Shown piece after piece: positions 26,333 to 36,464 of a DNA stretch of 38,946 nt (the first letter of the stretch is position 1; each line of letters begins with the position of its first letter). The stretch is from Klebsiella phage SEA1f: the sequence record OR287805.1; one strand, 5' to 3'. A program made the position numbers and the translations under genes. Below the pieces are notes generated by a model. That model searched no databases, was not told the DNA's origin, and was given only the letters and a program-made list of their open reading frames with translations.

Positions 26333-26904
26333 GTATCGGCATGGGTATCATGGCTGTAGCCGGGGCCACTATGTCCGCATCCCAGCAAGCCAAGGCCGAA
26401 GGTGCGGCAATTGACGCTCAGAACAGACAGGCTCAGGAAATGGTTAAGCAGCTGAACTACTCTGACGCCAACCTGAAGATGCAGGAGAGAGACCTGAAAG
26501 AGCAGCAGATGGCTGAACTGACAGAGACAACTCTCAACGGCATCCGCAATCAGGGTATGGTCCGAGCTGCGGTGGCTGAGTCCGGTCTGGAAGGGAACTC
26601 TATGGACAGGATTGAACGTCAGGTCGAAGGAGATACAGTCAAGGAGCGAGCAGGGATTACCGAAAGTTACAACCGTGACTATGCGGCTATCTTCGGGAAC
26701 CGTATCGCCAACATTGAGAACACCAAGTCTGCTATCCATGGTCAAGGTAAAATCATCAAGACCAGCCCATTAGCTCATGCACTTAATGTTGCTAACGCCG
26801 GGATGCAAGGGTATGCTGCTGGTAAGTCAATCTCTGGGGCATCAAGCTCTGGTGGTGCTGCACCGATTAGTGCCGCTAAAGGAACACCTACAGGTCATAG
26901 CTAA
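26317..26904 (+). CDS. Internal virion protein B gp14.
   Basis: 195 aa. MC.......I..G.......Q.A.A, LEG.SMDRI.R..EG, RDY.AIF match T7 gp14 (196 aa). Confidence 0.9.
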   Translation: MCEPVSIGMGIMAVAGATMSASQQAKAEGAAIDAQNRQAQEMVKQLNYSDANLKMQERDLKEQQMAELTETTLNGIRNQGMVRAAVAESGLEGNSMDRIERQVEGDTVKERAGITESYNRDYAAIFGNRIANIENTKSAIHGQGKIIKTSPLAHALNVANAGMQGYAAGKSISGASSSGGAAPISAAKGTPTGHS

Positions 26905-26915
26905 GAGGAGGACTA

Positions 26916-29198
26916 ATGGCTAGTAATATTGAATCAGCTCTTGCTAATCGGACTATGGGTCGTGGCAGAGCGCCTGGTAAGACTATCGCTGTCAACTATC
27001 AAGCAGCCAACGTTCAGGCTCCGACTGGTGACTCAGGTCTGGCGCGTGCGTTTACTAACTTCGTTGAGGCTGGGACCGGATTGTACAAGCAGTTCAAGGA
27101 CGAGGAGAAGACCAGAGCAGACGAGCGGTCCAACGAGATTATCCGTAAGCTGACACCCCAGCAAAGACGTGAGGCTATCCAGAACGGTACATTGCTGTAT
27201 CAGGATGACCCTTACGCTATGGAAGCACTTCGAGTCAAGACTGGTCGCAATGCTGCTTTTGCTGTAGACGACGAGATTAACGTTAAGATTCAGAATGGTG
27301 AGTTCCGCACACGTCAGGAAATGGAAGAATATCGCCACCAGCGACTTCAAGACGCAGCTAAGTCCTATGCTGAAGAGGCTGGTATCAATCCTACAGACGA
27401 GTTCTTCCAGCGTGGATTTAACGATAATATCACGGACCGAAACATCGCTATCTACGGGTCATTCAATAAATATTTCAGCAAGCAGTCTGAAGAGACGGCA
27501 ATGTTGAATACTCGAATTGAGATGAACTCGTTCCTGAACGATGGGGACCTAATGCGTTCACCTGAAGCTGGTAAGACCTTCATGGCCTACCTTCGGGATG
27601 GACTGACTACTGCTGCTATCCCTTCGGACCAGCGAGCACGAGAGGTCATCACCCAGACTGTCCGTGACGCAATCCAGAAGTCAGGAGGCTCAAACTTCCT
27701 ACAGCAAGTCCGTGGTGAGCGTATCAACCTTAACGGTGTCGATGCTACCGTAGAAGAGATTGTAGGACCTGACGTCTTCAATGCTGCTATGGTAGAGGCT
27801 CAAGGCACTGAGTACAAACTGGTGGCTAAGTATCAGGAAGACTTAGCGCTTGGAGTTCAGTCTGCTATTCTTCAGGATGACCCAACCATCGGTCTGTCCC
27901 AGATTCAGAAGCTCAAGGAGCAGAACAACCTGCTTCAACCGGGTGAAGAACTCACACCTCAGCGTCAGATGCTTATTAATGCCGAAGCCAGCCTACTGGA
28001 AGCGGTCAAGCGTAAGTCTGCTGAACAGGCAAAGGAGAACACTAAGCTAATCCAGACCCAGAACAAGCAACTGGTCATCGACCAAGTGTATCAGCGACGT
28101 CTGGCTGGGGACAACGTGTCCACCAACTATGAGGACCTTCCTGTCTCTGAGGCTACAGGAGAGTTCAAACGTTCAGACATGAACAACTATGCGTCTGCCA
28201 AGCTACAGCAGATTGACCAGATGGACATCCCTGAGGCCGCTAAGGACGCTCAGAAGGTGGCATTGTTAAGAGCTGACACTAACAACGGTCCGTTCCGTAA
28301 TGCCTTCCAGACGCTGACTCAGGACGCTGCTGGTGAGTGGCAAGCTGCTGTCATCCGTGGACAGTACGACCCAGACAAGATGAAACGCTTCGAGTCTCTT
28401 CGTCGCGCCTACACTCAGGACCCTTCAAGTTTCGCTGCTCTGTATCCTGACCAAGCTCAGTTGTTCTCTACGTTCGACCAGATGGACAAGATGGGTCTGG
28501 ACCCTCAGACGATGATTGAAGCTGATAAGCAAGCTGCAAGTCAAAGCCGTGAGATGCGCATGGAGTCAGACAAGGCGTGGCAGGAGTTGAAGAACGACTC
28601 CAAGAACACCCAGTTGTCTCGTCTCCCAACGTCTCTTGACTCAAGTGCTCGTAAGGTCTGGGACTCATGGTACTATCGTACAGGTAACGCTGACGCTGCA
28701 ACTCAGCAGACTCAACGCTGGCTGAATGAAAATACCGTAACGTTCCAGTCTGAAGGTTCTGACGGTAAGTCCATCGGCATGGTGTCAAAGCACCAGCTTA
28801 TGGTTGGGGATAACCCAGAGTCGTGGCAGGTTGGTCGAGACATTATCGACACAGCTCGTCAGCAGCTCATTAAGGCCAACCCTTGGGTAGTGAACTCTCA
28901 GTTGTCAGTTGTTGAGCAGAACGGCTCTATCTTCCTCCAAGACGCTACAGGGACTATTCGTATTCGCTACGATAAAGAACTTGTAGGTAAACTCTACCGT
29001 GAACAACAGCAGAAGGCACAAGATGCCGCATACGCTCAGGCAGAACGTGACGCTAACAAGCGAGCGCGTATCGTCGGGACTAAAGCTGCTGGTGACAAAC
29101 GTCGAGCTGACCGAGAGGCCAACATCGAGAAGCGCGGAGGGATGTACAATGACGTCTCATTGGAGGGTATCGCAAACGTACTAATCGGTAAGGAGTAA
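26916..29198 (+). CDS. Internal virion protein C gp15.
   Basis: 760 aa. Position and length match T7 gp15 (747 aa). RBS aggagga. Confidence 0.85.
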   Translation: MASNIESALANRTMGRGRAPGKTIAVNYQAANVQAPTGDSGLARAFTNFVEAGTGLYKQFKDEEKTRADERSNEIIRKLTPQQRREAIQNGTLLYQDDPYAMEALRVKTGRNAAFAVDDEINVKIQNGEFRTRQEMEEYRHQRLQDAAKSYAEEAGINPTDEFFQRGFNDNITDRNIAIYGSFNKYFSKQSEETAMLNTRIEMNSFLNDGDLMRSPEAGKTFMAYLRDGLTTAAIPSDQRAREVITQTVRDAIQKSGGSNFLQQVRGERINLNGVDATVEEIVGPDVFNAAMVEAQGTEYKLVAKYQEDLALGVQSAILQDDPTIGLSQIQKLKEQNNLLQPGEELTPQRQMLINAEASLLEAVKRKSAEQAKENTKLIQTQNKQLVIDQVYQRRLAGDNVSTNYEDLPVSEATGEFKRSDMNNYASAKLQQIDQMDIPEAAKDAQKVALLRADTNNGPFRNAFQTLTQDAAGEWQAAVIRGQYDPDKMKRFESLRRAYTQDPSSFAALYPDQAQLFSTFDQMDKMGLDPQTMIEADKQAASQSREMRMESDKAWQELKNDSKNTQLSRLPTSLDSSARKVWDSWYYRTGNADAATQQTQRWLNENTVTFQSEGSDGKSIGMVSKHQLMVGDNPESWQVGRDIIDTARQQLIKANPWVVNSQLSVVEQNGSIFLQDATGTIRIRYDKELVGKLYREQQQKAQDAAYAQAERDANKRARIVGTKAAGDKRRADREANIEKRGGMYNDVSLEGIANVLIGKE

Positions 29199-29202
29199 CA
29201 TA

Positions 29203-32200
29203 ATGGCGACTCGTGGTATTCGCAATAACAATCCGGGTAACATCCGGGTAAGTAAGGACCAATGGGAAGGAATGACTGGGGATGATGGTGCATTCGTCAT
29301 CTTTGATAGTCCAGAGTCTGGCGTCCGAGCTTTAGGTAAAAACCTGCTGTCCTACGGTCGCCAAGGTTATGACTCCATCGAGAAGATTATCAACAGATGG
29401 GCTCCTCCTAACGAGAACGACACTCAGGCTTATATTGACTCTGTGGTGGCTGCGACTGGTATTCCAGCTACCCAGAGTCTCGACCTCTCGAACCCGGACA
29501 CCCTGTCTTCTCTGGCTCAAGCTATCAGCTTCCATGAGACAGGCTCCCGGTACAATCCTGAAGTATATCAGAAGGGAGTCGCACGAGCACTAAACGGTAT
29601 CAGCCCAAAGACTCCACCAGTAAGCGCTAACGTATTTGACGCACTCACGGAAGGACTCAAGGCTAAACCTAAAGTAGCTCTGGGAGAGAACCTTCCGACC
29701 GCTGCTGGTCTGAACATTGAGGGTCAAGCACCTGAAGCTCCAAACGAATCGTTCGGTGAGATGCTCTATAAGGCTACTGGCGAGACAATGCAGGAACGAG
29801 AGGACCGCTCTACGTGGTTCGGCTTCGGGGCGGCTACAGAAGCTGAAGTGAAGAACTCTATGGTCGGCGTGGCTATCCGCGCTGGTCAGACCGAGGACTC
29901 ACTTGATGTAATTGGCGATGTGTTCAACCCGACCCGCTGGAACAACCATAAGTGGACTCGTGAGGAGCTGGACCAGATTCGTAACGCTGGGGTTCTGCCT
30001 CAGTATTACGGAGTCATTACTGGTGGCTCTCCTCAGAACCTGACCGAGCTGATTAACTTGGCGCTTGAGAACCAGAAGTTGGATCAAGAGAAGGCCAAGG
30101 CCGGGATTGGTGCTCAGTTAGCTGCTGGCGTGATTGGTGCTGGTGTAGACCCGCTGACCTACGTTCCTATCGCTGGACAGGTTGGTAAAGGTGGTAAGCT
30201 GGTCAACAAGATGTTCACCGTGGCTGCTCAATCTGGAGCGCTGGCTGGTGTGTCTGAGATGGCTCGTACCTCAGTGGCTGGTGGGGATGCTCATGTGGCT
30301 GAAGCTATCCTCGGAGGTGCTCTCTTCGGTGGTGGAATGACCGCTATCGCTGACGGCTTAGGCAGAGCCTTAGGTCGCAACGCTAACGAGTTCGCTGGTC
30401 CGGCTACACGTCTGGAAGCTCGTGAGACTGCCCGTAACGTTGATGGTCAGGACCTGTCTCGTCTCCCTATTCAGGAAGGTGAGCAGACCTTTAGTCATCA
30501 AGGCGTTAAGTTCGCTGACGTTCAGAATGAGCCGGGTAGTGTACGACTGGAGGATGGTTCAATCCTGATTGGTGAGAACCCTCTGAACCCTAAGACACGT
30601 CAGGTCTTTGACGAAGTGATTGAGCCTGAACGTGCAGCCGCTGGTGTGAACCTTGGTGGGCTGACTGAGATTGGCCTGAAGCTGCTTCGGTCCGAGAACC
30701 CTGAGATTCGTGGAGTCGCTGCTGACTTAGTGCGTTCACCGACTGGTATGCAGTCAGGAGCCTCAGGTAAAATTGGGACCACTGCGTCAGACGTGTTCGA
30801 GAGACTTCGTGCTGTGGACCATCGGTTCTACAACGACATCGACGATGCTGTTACTGAGGCACTCAAGGACCCCTACTTCCAGACAGCATTCTGGCGAGAC
30901 TCTGGCGCATTCCGTCAGGACATCTACCAGCGTGTGTCTATGGCTATTGAAGATGGAAGTGGGAACCTGAAGGCTGAACTGACTCCGGGAGAACTGAAAG
31001 TCTATGACCTGCTGAAGAATCAGTTTGACGCAAAGCGTGAGATGATGGAGAACCCAGCTATGTTTGGTCGTCCAGACGCTAAGTCTATCTTCCCCGGCAG
31101 TCGCTTCAAGGGAACCTACGTCCCTCATGTGTATAGCAATCAGATGAAGGAGCTGTACATCAAGGAGCTTGGAAGCCCAGAGGCACTACAGGAGGCCATC
31201 AAGAAGTCATGGTTGACCAGCTATGCGTCTCGACCTGAAGTCAAGAAACGTGTGGACGAGGCACTCTTAGAGGCTGACCCTACGTTGACTCCAGATGGAC
31301 TTGCGGCTGCGGTCGATAAGTACGCTAACGATAAGGCTTACGGTATCTCTCACACCGAGCAGTTCGAACGTTCATCCGTAATGGAAGAGAACATCAATGG
31401 TCTGGTGGGTCTGGAGAACAACAGCTTCCTTGAGGCTCGTAACCTGTTTGATAGCGATATGTCAATCGTTCTGCAGAACGGTCAGACCTTCAGTGTCAAC
31501 AATCTGCGTGAGTGGGACATGGATAAGATTGTCCCTGCTTATAACCGTCGAGTTAATGGTGACATTGCTATCATGGCTGGTACAGGAAAGACTACGAAGG
31601 AAATGAAGGATTTAGTTGAGACCATGATGAATAAGGCTGGTGATGATGGAAAGTTGAAAGGTGAGGTATCTACCTTACGTGACACCCTGAAGATTCTAAC
31701 TGGTCGTGATCGACGTGATGGCGCTGATGATGCGGCCTTCGCTACCGTGATGCGCACGATGACAGACCTATCGTTCTTCGCTAAAAATGCCTACATGGGT
31801 GTGCAGAACTTAACGGAGATTGGTGGTATGCTGGCTCGTGGTAACGTTCGTGCATTGCTACATGGAGTTCCTATGTTCCGTGACCTAGCCTTCCGTAACA
31901 AGAAGGTAGGGGCCTCAGAGATTAAGGACCTGCACAATGTTATCTTCGGTAAGGAACTGGATGACTCAATCCGTCCGTCTAAACAGGATGTCATTGACCG
32001 TCTGCGGTCTTACAGTGACCTCGGTCGTGGTGTAGCAACAGCTCTGGGGACTGCAAAGTATTACACTGGTGAACTTGCAGTACGCTCGCCGTTCACTAAA
32101 GTCCTCAACGGTACGACAAACTACCTGTTAGATGCTGGACGTCAAGGCTTCCTGTCTGACATCGTGGAGCATAGTCTGACTGGCAGTAAGCGTCGGTTCG

Positions 32201-33090
32201 ATGACCGCTGGCTGAAGACCGCTGGTATCTCTGACGAGCAGTGGAAGGGAATTAAGTCCCTAATCCGTGAGTCAGTGACTCGTGGTCCAGACTGGAAGTA
32301 CACCATCAAGGATAAGAAGGCGTTCAGTCAGGACCCAAGGGCTATGGACTTATGGCGTATGGGTGACACCATCGCTGATGAAACGTTACTACGTCCTCAT
32401 AAGCTGTCCAACATGGATGCAAAGGCTTATGGTCCTCTCGCTAAGACTGTCCTTCAGTTTAAGAACTTCGTCATCAAGTCCATCAATGGGCGAACCATGC
32501 GTACCTTCTATAACGCCACGAAGAACAACCGAGCGATTGACGCTGCACTATCGACCGTGATGTCTATGGGTCTGGCTGGTATCTACTACATGGCTCAGGC
32601 GCACGTCAAGGCTTATGCTATGCAGGATGGTCGAGACCGTGACTACCTTAAGCAAGCTCTGGACCCGACGATGATTGGTTATGCGGCTCTGTCCCGTAGT
32701 TCACATCTTGGTGGCCCACTTGGGGTAGCTAACATTCTAGGTGGCATCGCTGGGTATGAGGACACTAAGATGCTCCGTTCGTCTATCCTACCCCGTTCTC
32801 CTACAGAGAAGACTGAACGTGCCATCGCGTATGGTGCAGCTACAAGTGGCCCTGTGATGAATGTTGTTGGTAACTTCTTGGAGCAGGTTCCAGCTTTCGG
32901 ATATGCTGCTAACGTTGGTGCTTCGGCTTACAACTTGGCTGGCTACCTCAAGGCTGATACTCGGGTAAACGAGAGAGACTACATGACCGGGATGTATAAC
33001 ACCTTCCGTGAACTGGTTCCGAACGACCCGATTACTCAGAAGTTACTACTGGGAACGTTTGAGGAGCAGGGTATCCACATCAAGGACTAA
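29203..33090 (+). CDS. Internal virion protein D gp16 (ejectosome), with a non-canonical N-terminal module of about 130 aa.
   Basis: From about residue 150 onward collinear with T7 gp16 (TWFGFG.A.EAE, PTRWN.H.WT.EEL, VITGGSP.NL, AGVIGAGVDPL.YVP, RLEARETARN, DLVRSPTGMQSGASGK, ENPA.FG, GTYVPHVY, AYGISH..QFE.SS..EENI.GLVG.ENNSFLEARNLFDSD, NGTTNYLLDA, RAMDLWR, NNRAIDAALS, ALDPTMI..AALSRSS). The N-terminus MATRGIRNNNPGNIR... lacks the T7 SLT signature. Confidence 0.93.
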   Translation: MATRGIRNNNPGNIRVSKDQWEGMTGDDGAFVIFDSPESGVRALGKNLLSYGRQGYDSIEKIINRWAPPNENDTQAYIDSVVAATGIPATQSLDLSNPDTLSSLAQAISFHETGSRYNPEVYQKGVARALNGISPKTPPVSANVFDALTEGLKAKPKVALGENLPTAAGLNIEGQAPEAPNESFGEMLYKATGETMQEREDRSTWFGFGAATEAEVKNSMVGVAIRAGQTEDSLDVIGDVFNPTRWNNHKWTREELDQIRNAGVLPQYYGVITGGSPQNLTELINLALENQKLDQEKAKAGIGAQLAAGVIGAGVDPLTYVPIAGQVGKGGKLVNKMFTVAAQSGALAGVSEMARTSVAGGDAHVAEAILGGALFGGGMTAIADGLGRALGRNANEFAGPATRLEARETARNVDGQDLSRLPIQEGEQTFSHQGVKFADVQNEPGSVRLEDGSILIGENPLNPKTRQVFDEVIEPERAAAGVNLGGLTEIGLKLLRSENPEIRGVAADLVRSPTGMQSGASGKIGTTASDVFERLRAVDHRFYNDIDDAVTEALKDPYFQTAFWRDSGAFRQDIYQRVSMAIEDGSGNLKAELTPGELKVYDLLKNQFDAKREMMENPAMFGRPDAKSIFPGSRFKGTYVPHVYSNQMKELYIKELGSPEALQEAIKKSWLTSYASRPEVKKRVDEALLEADPTLTPDGLAAAVDKYANDKAYGISHTEQFERSSVMEENINGLVGLENNSFLEARNLFDSDMSIVLQNGQTFSVNNLREWDMDKIVPAYNRRVNGDIAIMAGTGKTTKEMKDLVETMMNKAGDDGKLKGEVSTLRDTLKILTGRDRRDGADDAAFATVMRTMTDLSFFAKNAYMGVQNLTEIGGMLARGNVRALLHGVPMFRDLAFRNKKVGASEIKDLHNVIFGKELDDSIRPSKQDVIDRLRSYSDLGRGVATALGTAKYYTGELAVRSPFTKVLNGTTNYLLDAGRQGFLSDIVEHSLTGSKRRFDDRWLKTAGISDEQWKGIKSLIRESVTRGPDWKYTIKDKKAFSQDPRAMDLWRMGDTIADETLLRPHKLSNMDAKAYGPLAKTVLQFKNFVIKSINGRTMRTFYNATKNNRAIDAALSTVMSMGLAGIYYMAQAHVKAYAMQDGRDRDYLKQALDPTMIGYAALSRSSHLGGPLGVANILGGIAGYEDTKMLRSSILPRSPTEKTERAIAYGAATSGPVMNVVGNFLEQVPAFGYAANVGASAYNLAGYLKADTRVNERDYMTGMYNTFRELVPNDPITQKLLLGTFEEQGIHIKD

Positions 33091-33108
33091 ACTATCACTA
33101 TAGGAAAC
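33086..33108 (+). promoter_or_regulatory. Phage RNAP promoter (phi17-like), +1 G at 33103.
   Basis: actaaactatcactataggaaac. Confidence 0.8.
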
Positions 33109-33153
33109 GGAGACGCTGCCATAGGTCTCCATTTAAATCACAAAGGAGGCATA

Positions 33154-35340
33154 ATGTCCACGATTACACAATTCCTTGCAGGAAACACTCAGTATAGGAT
33201 TGAGTTCGACTACCTATCAAGAACGTTTGTTGTTGTTACGCTGGTGAATAGCTCTAACCCCACCCTGAACCGTGTACTGGAAGTTGGTCGAGATTACCGA
33301 TTCCTTAATCCAACGATGATTGAGATGTTGGTTGACCAATCAGGTTTCGACATCGTTCGTATTCACCGTCAGACTGGAACTGACTTAGTGGTAGACTTCA
33401 GAAATGGCTCAGTGTTGACAGCCAGTGACCTGACCAATGCAGAGCTTCAGGCTATCCATATTGCAGAAGAGGGTAGAGACCAAACGGTTGACTTAGCAAA
33501 GGAATATGCTGATGCTGCTGGCACCTCTGCCGGCAACGCTAAGGATAGCGAGGACGAAGCACGACGAATCGCTGAGGATATCAAGGCATCTGGTCGAATT
33601 GGCTATATTACCCGTCGCTCCTTCGAGAAAGGCTTCAACGTTATAACATGGAACGAGGTACTGCTATGGGAAGAGGATGGTGAGTATTACCGTTGGGATG
33701 GTACGCTTCCAAAGAACGTTCCTGCTGGTTCAACTCCTGAAACTTCCGGTGGGATTGGAGTAGGTGCGTGGGTTCTCGTAGGTGATGCTTCACTTCGTAG
33801 CGCACTAGCTTCTGAAGCAGGGGCATCAATGGTGTCCCGGAACGGCTCACCCCTAGGCAGAATCATTCGTGCGTCACTCTTCGAATACCTTACCGAATCA
33901 GATCAGCAAGCATTACTTACTACTTCTGGAGCAGTAGTTGCAGCGGATTATGCGTTAAAAGCCGCTATAGCTGCTGGAGTTATGGTCCTTGATATACCAC
34001 GGAACATGGGGATTATTGAACTTGGTAGAGATCCAGCGACGCTTCCATTGGGGTTCTCGCTTATAGGATGGGGCTGCCGTCGACCTTATACTGTATCAGA
34101 TGACAGTAGCTTCCTTAATTGTGGGGTAGTTATCCGCGTAGCAGCTGGTGCAAGTTTTCCTTTTTATTCAACTGGTCGTCATGTGTTCCGGGATATTGTT
34201 TTTGACGGGCGAGATAAAACAACGTATCTTTTTTATTCAACAGATAGGTATACTGAGTTCAACGGTACTCGACTAGAGGGGTGCGGAATTTATCGGTTTG
34301 CTATTGGTATTGGTTGGAATATTGGAGGAGTATCAAGATACATTGCAACAGTAAAAGCTCATTTCTGTTCAATATCTGGAAACGTGGACGGAGTTAAGAA
34401 TTTAATAGACTCTATGATGATTGGTTGCACAATCAATGCCAATGACCGAGGCGTAGCTCTTGTCGGCGGGGCAAATAGTAACTTTTTCGGAGGATGCCGG
34501 AACGAATGGAACGCTGGTGATAACTGGTATGCGTATGAATCAATAGAAAACCAGATTTCAGGTGAACTGTGCGACAGAGCTGGGCGAGGCGGGGTAGTTG
34601 CTGGCAAGGATTCGTCATGGATTGTAACCGGAGTTGTCGTCGCTCGCAGTGGTGCTAATCAACCAATGAATGATAACTACTCAGCAAACTTTGTTATTAT
34701 TGATAACGGTAAAATCGTAATCTCTGGGGTGAGAACCAGAAACGGAGCTAACGAGTGGGGTCAGGGTGGGACAAATTCTCCATCGTTTAACGTATCGGTT
34801 CTTGGTTCTGGTAATGGGACACTCCTGGTATCTGGAAGTGATATGACCGGTTTTGTTACTTCGGCAATTAACCAGAAGGCTCCTACATTAAATAAAGCTA
34901 TAACCGGAAATCTCGGTATGGATGATGATGTAAATGTTGGAATGTCTCAGGTTATTAAAGGAAGACGGATTATTGGTTCACAGTCATCAGGTAGATTGCA
35001 AGACGCTGTGGGAGCAACGTTATCATTCACTAAGCCCAATATTGCGCAAGATTTATATGGTACATACGTCACCAGAGCCATATTGATTGAGTGTAGAATT
35101 GGCAATACTGCACAAGGTGATTATATAAAAATACCTATAGGGGTAAGGCACGAAAACATTTTCTATCTTGATATCATCACCAGCGGAATTGTTGCAAGCT
35201 CTGGAAGGATTGGCCTTTCAGGAACGGGGGTTACTGTTAGCTTATCTATTGATAGCGCAACGGGTACCATATCAGTCGTGTTAACTAGCGTTGATGGGCT
35301 GGTGAGAGATGTTAATGTCTCTTTACTGCCATCAATGTAA
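33154..35340 (+). CDS. Tail fibre / tailspike gp17: T7-like N-terminal tail-attachment domain fused to a C-terminal Gly/Asn-rich beta-helix-like domain (putative receptor-binding depolymerase).
   Basis: N-terminal 150 aa are homologous to T7 gp17 ([44 protein letters not shown]). The C-terminal 450 aa are rich in G/N/S/V repeats typical of parallel beta-helix tailspikes. DNA at about 33900..35340 is visibly more AT-rich than the rest of the genome. Confidence 0.85.
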   Translation: MSTITQFLAGNTQYRIEFDYLSRTFVVVTLVNSSNPTLNRVLEVGRDYRFLNPTMIEMLVDQSGFDIVRIHRQTGTDLVVDFRNGSVLTASDLTNAELQAIHIAEEGRDQTVDLAKEYADAAGTSAGNAKDSEDEARRIAEDIKASGRIGYITRRSFEKGFNVITWNEVLLWEEDGEYYRWDGTLPKNVPAGSTPETSGGIGVGAWVLVGDASLRSALASEAGASMVSRNGSPLGRIIRASLFEYLTESDQQALLTTSGAVVAADYALKAAIAAGVMVLDIPRNMGIIELGRDPATLPLGFSLIGWGCRRPYTVSDDSSFLNCGVVIRVAAGASFPFYSTGRHVFRDIVFDGRDKTTYLFYSTDRYTEFNGTRLEGCGIYRFAIGIGWNIGGVSRYIATVKAHFCSISGNVDGVKNLIDSMMIGCTINANDRGVALVGGANSNFFGGCRNEWNAGDNWYAYESIENQISGELCDRAGRGGVVAGKDSSWIVTGVVVARSGANQPMNDNYSANFVIIDNGKIVISGVRTRNGANEWGQGGTNSPSFNVSVLGSGNGTLLVSGSDMTGFVTSAINQKAPTLNKAITGNLGMDDDVNVGMSQVIKGRRIIGSQSSGRLQDAVGATLSFTKPNIAQDLYGTYVTRAILIECRIGNTAQGDYIKIPIGVRHENIFYLDIITSGIVASSGRIGLSGTGVTVSLSIDSATGTISVVLTSVDGLVRDVNVSLLPSM

Positions 35341-35458
35341 GAGTGAGAACGGAAGTCGAAACAGAACTGGTGGTTGTGGAGGTAGAGGCTAACTACACGC
35401 TGACCAACGTATGTAATAACTTTGGGTCACGGACGACCCGCTTTAAACTGGAGGTTTT

Positions 35459-35653
35459 ATGATTGAGTTAGACTTCAAGAATGAGGTCCTTAAAGCCTCT
35501 CCTATCGTCGGGACCGCTGCGGCTGATGGTGCCAGTCGGTTCTTCTTCGGGCTCACACTTAACGAATGGTTCTACGTTGCAGCTATCGCGTACACCGTTG
35601 TCCAGATTGGTGTGCTAGTCTATAAAACGATTAAAGGAGGTGGTAAAACATGA
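35459..35653 (+). CDS. Class II holin gp17.5.
   Basis: 64 aa. LDF.NE..KA.PIVGT..AD...R.FFGL.LNEWFYVAAIAYTVVQIG is near-identical to T7 gp17.5. Confidence 0.93.
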   Translation: MIELDFKNEVLKASPIVGTAAADGASRFFFGLTLNEWFYVAAIAYTVVQIGVLVYKTIKGGGKT

Positions 35654-35913
35654 CGCAGATGGACTTAGAGAAGTTCCTCTTAATGCTGGATACTGAACGT
35701 GCTCGACTCATGCTGCAAGACCTTCGGGATGACTCTAAGCGTTCACCTCAGCTCTACAACGCCATTGAGAAGCTGCTTGCTCGTCACAACTTTGTGTTAA
35801 GCAAGGTGTCTGTTGACGAGAAGACTCTGGCTGATATGGAGGCCCTGAACGCAGAGTACGATAAGGTGCTTTCAGCGACTGAGGATAATGACACCGGGTA
35901 TGGCGTTCAATAA
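35650..35913 (+). CDS. Small terminase subunit gp18.
   Basis: 87 aa. RSPQLYNAIEKLL.RH.F is identical to the T7 gp18 motif. Confidence 0.9.
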   Translation: MTQMDLEKFLLMLDTERARLMLQDLRDDSKRSPQLYNAIEKLLARHNFVLSKVSVDEKTLADMEALNAEYDKVLSATEDNDTGYGVQ

Positions 35914-35916
35914 GTG

Positions 35917-35965
35917 TTAGACTCAAGGTCATTACTAGATGTAGTGGCCTTTATGGTTAACACTA
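35917..35965 (+). promoter_or_regulatory. Conserved hairpin element, copy 3 of 3. Candidate RNase III site (R18.5 analogue).
   Basis: ttagactcaaggtcattactagatgtagtggcctttatggttaacac. Confidence 0.5.
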
Positions 35966-36014
35966 ACTAGTGGAGGCGACTCTAAGTGAAATCTGATAAA
36001 CCGGGAGGGCAACT

Positions 36015-36464
36015 ATGCTCGAATTTTTAAAGAGAGTGGCTCCGTGGTTACTTGCAGCAGTGATGTTTGCTGGTGGCTACCACACCGCTAACAATAAGTG
36101 GGAGGCTAAGGTCAATGCAGAATACACCTCGAATCTTAAGGCATCGGAAGATACAAGGCTTGCTGTCCAAGCTGAAGTCAACAAAGTGTCAAAACGGTTT
36201 CAGGACGAAATGTCCTCGTTGGAAGGCAGCACTGATAGGATTATTGCTGACCTTCAGTCTGACAATAAGCGGTTGCGCGTCCGAGTCAAACCAACGAGTG
36301 GAACCACGCAAAGTGACGGTCGATGCGTCATTGATGGTTACGCCGAACTTGACGAACGAGATGCTAAACGTCTTATCGCCATCGGACTGAAAGGGGACAA
36401 GTGGATTAAGGCCCTTCAGGACACTGTGAGAGCCTTGCAGCAAGATAAGGAGGTGAAGCATTGA
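36015..36464 (+). CDS. i-spanin (Rz-like) gp18.5.
   Basis: 149 aa. MLEFL....PW.LA N-terminal [42 protein letters not shown] match T7 gp18.5. Confidence 0.93.
   Translation: MLEFLKRVAPWLLAAVMFAGGYHTANNKWEAKVNAEYTSNLKASEDTRLAVQAEVNKVSKRFQDEMSSLEGSTDRIIADLQSDNKRLRVRVKPTSGTTQSDGRCVIDGYAELDERDAKRLIAIGLKGDKWIKALQDTVRALQQDKEVKH
36115..36390 (+). CDS. o-spanin (Rz1-like) gp18.7, embedded in the +1 frame of 18.5.
   Basis: PRWK.ALIGL.L....TISGCASES lipobox plus a C-terminal VDASLMV.PNLT.EMLNV matching T7 gp18.7. GGAGG lies 9 nt upstream of the ATG at 36115. Confidence 0.85.
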   Translation: MQNTPRILRHRKIQGLLSKLKSTKCQNGFRTKCPRWKAALIGLLLTFSLTISGCASESNQRVEPRKVTVDASLMVTPNLTNEMLNVLSPSD

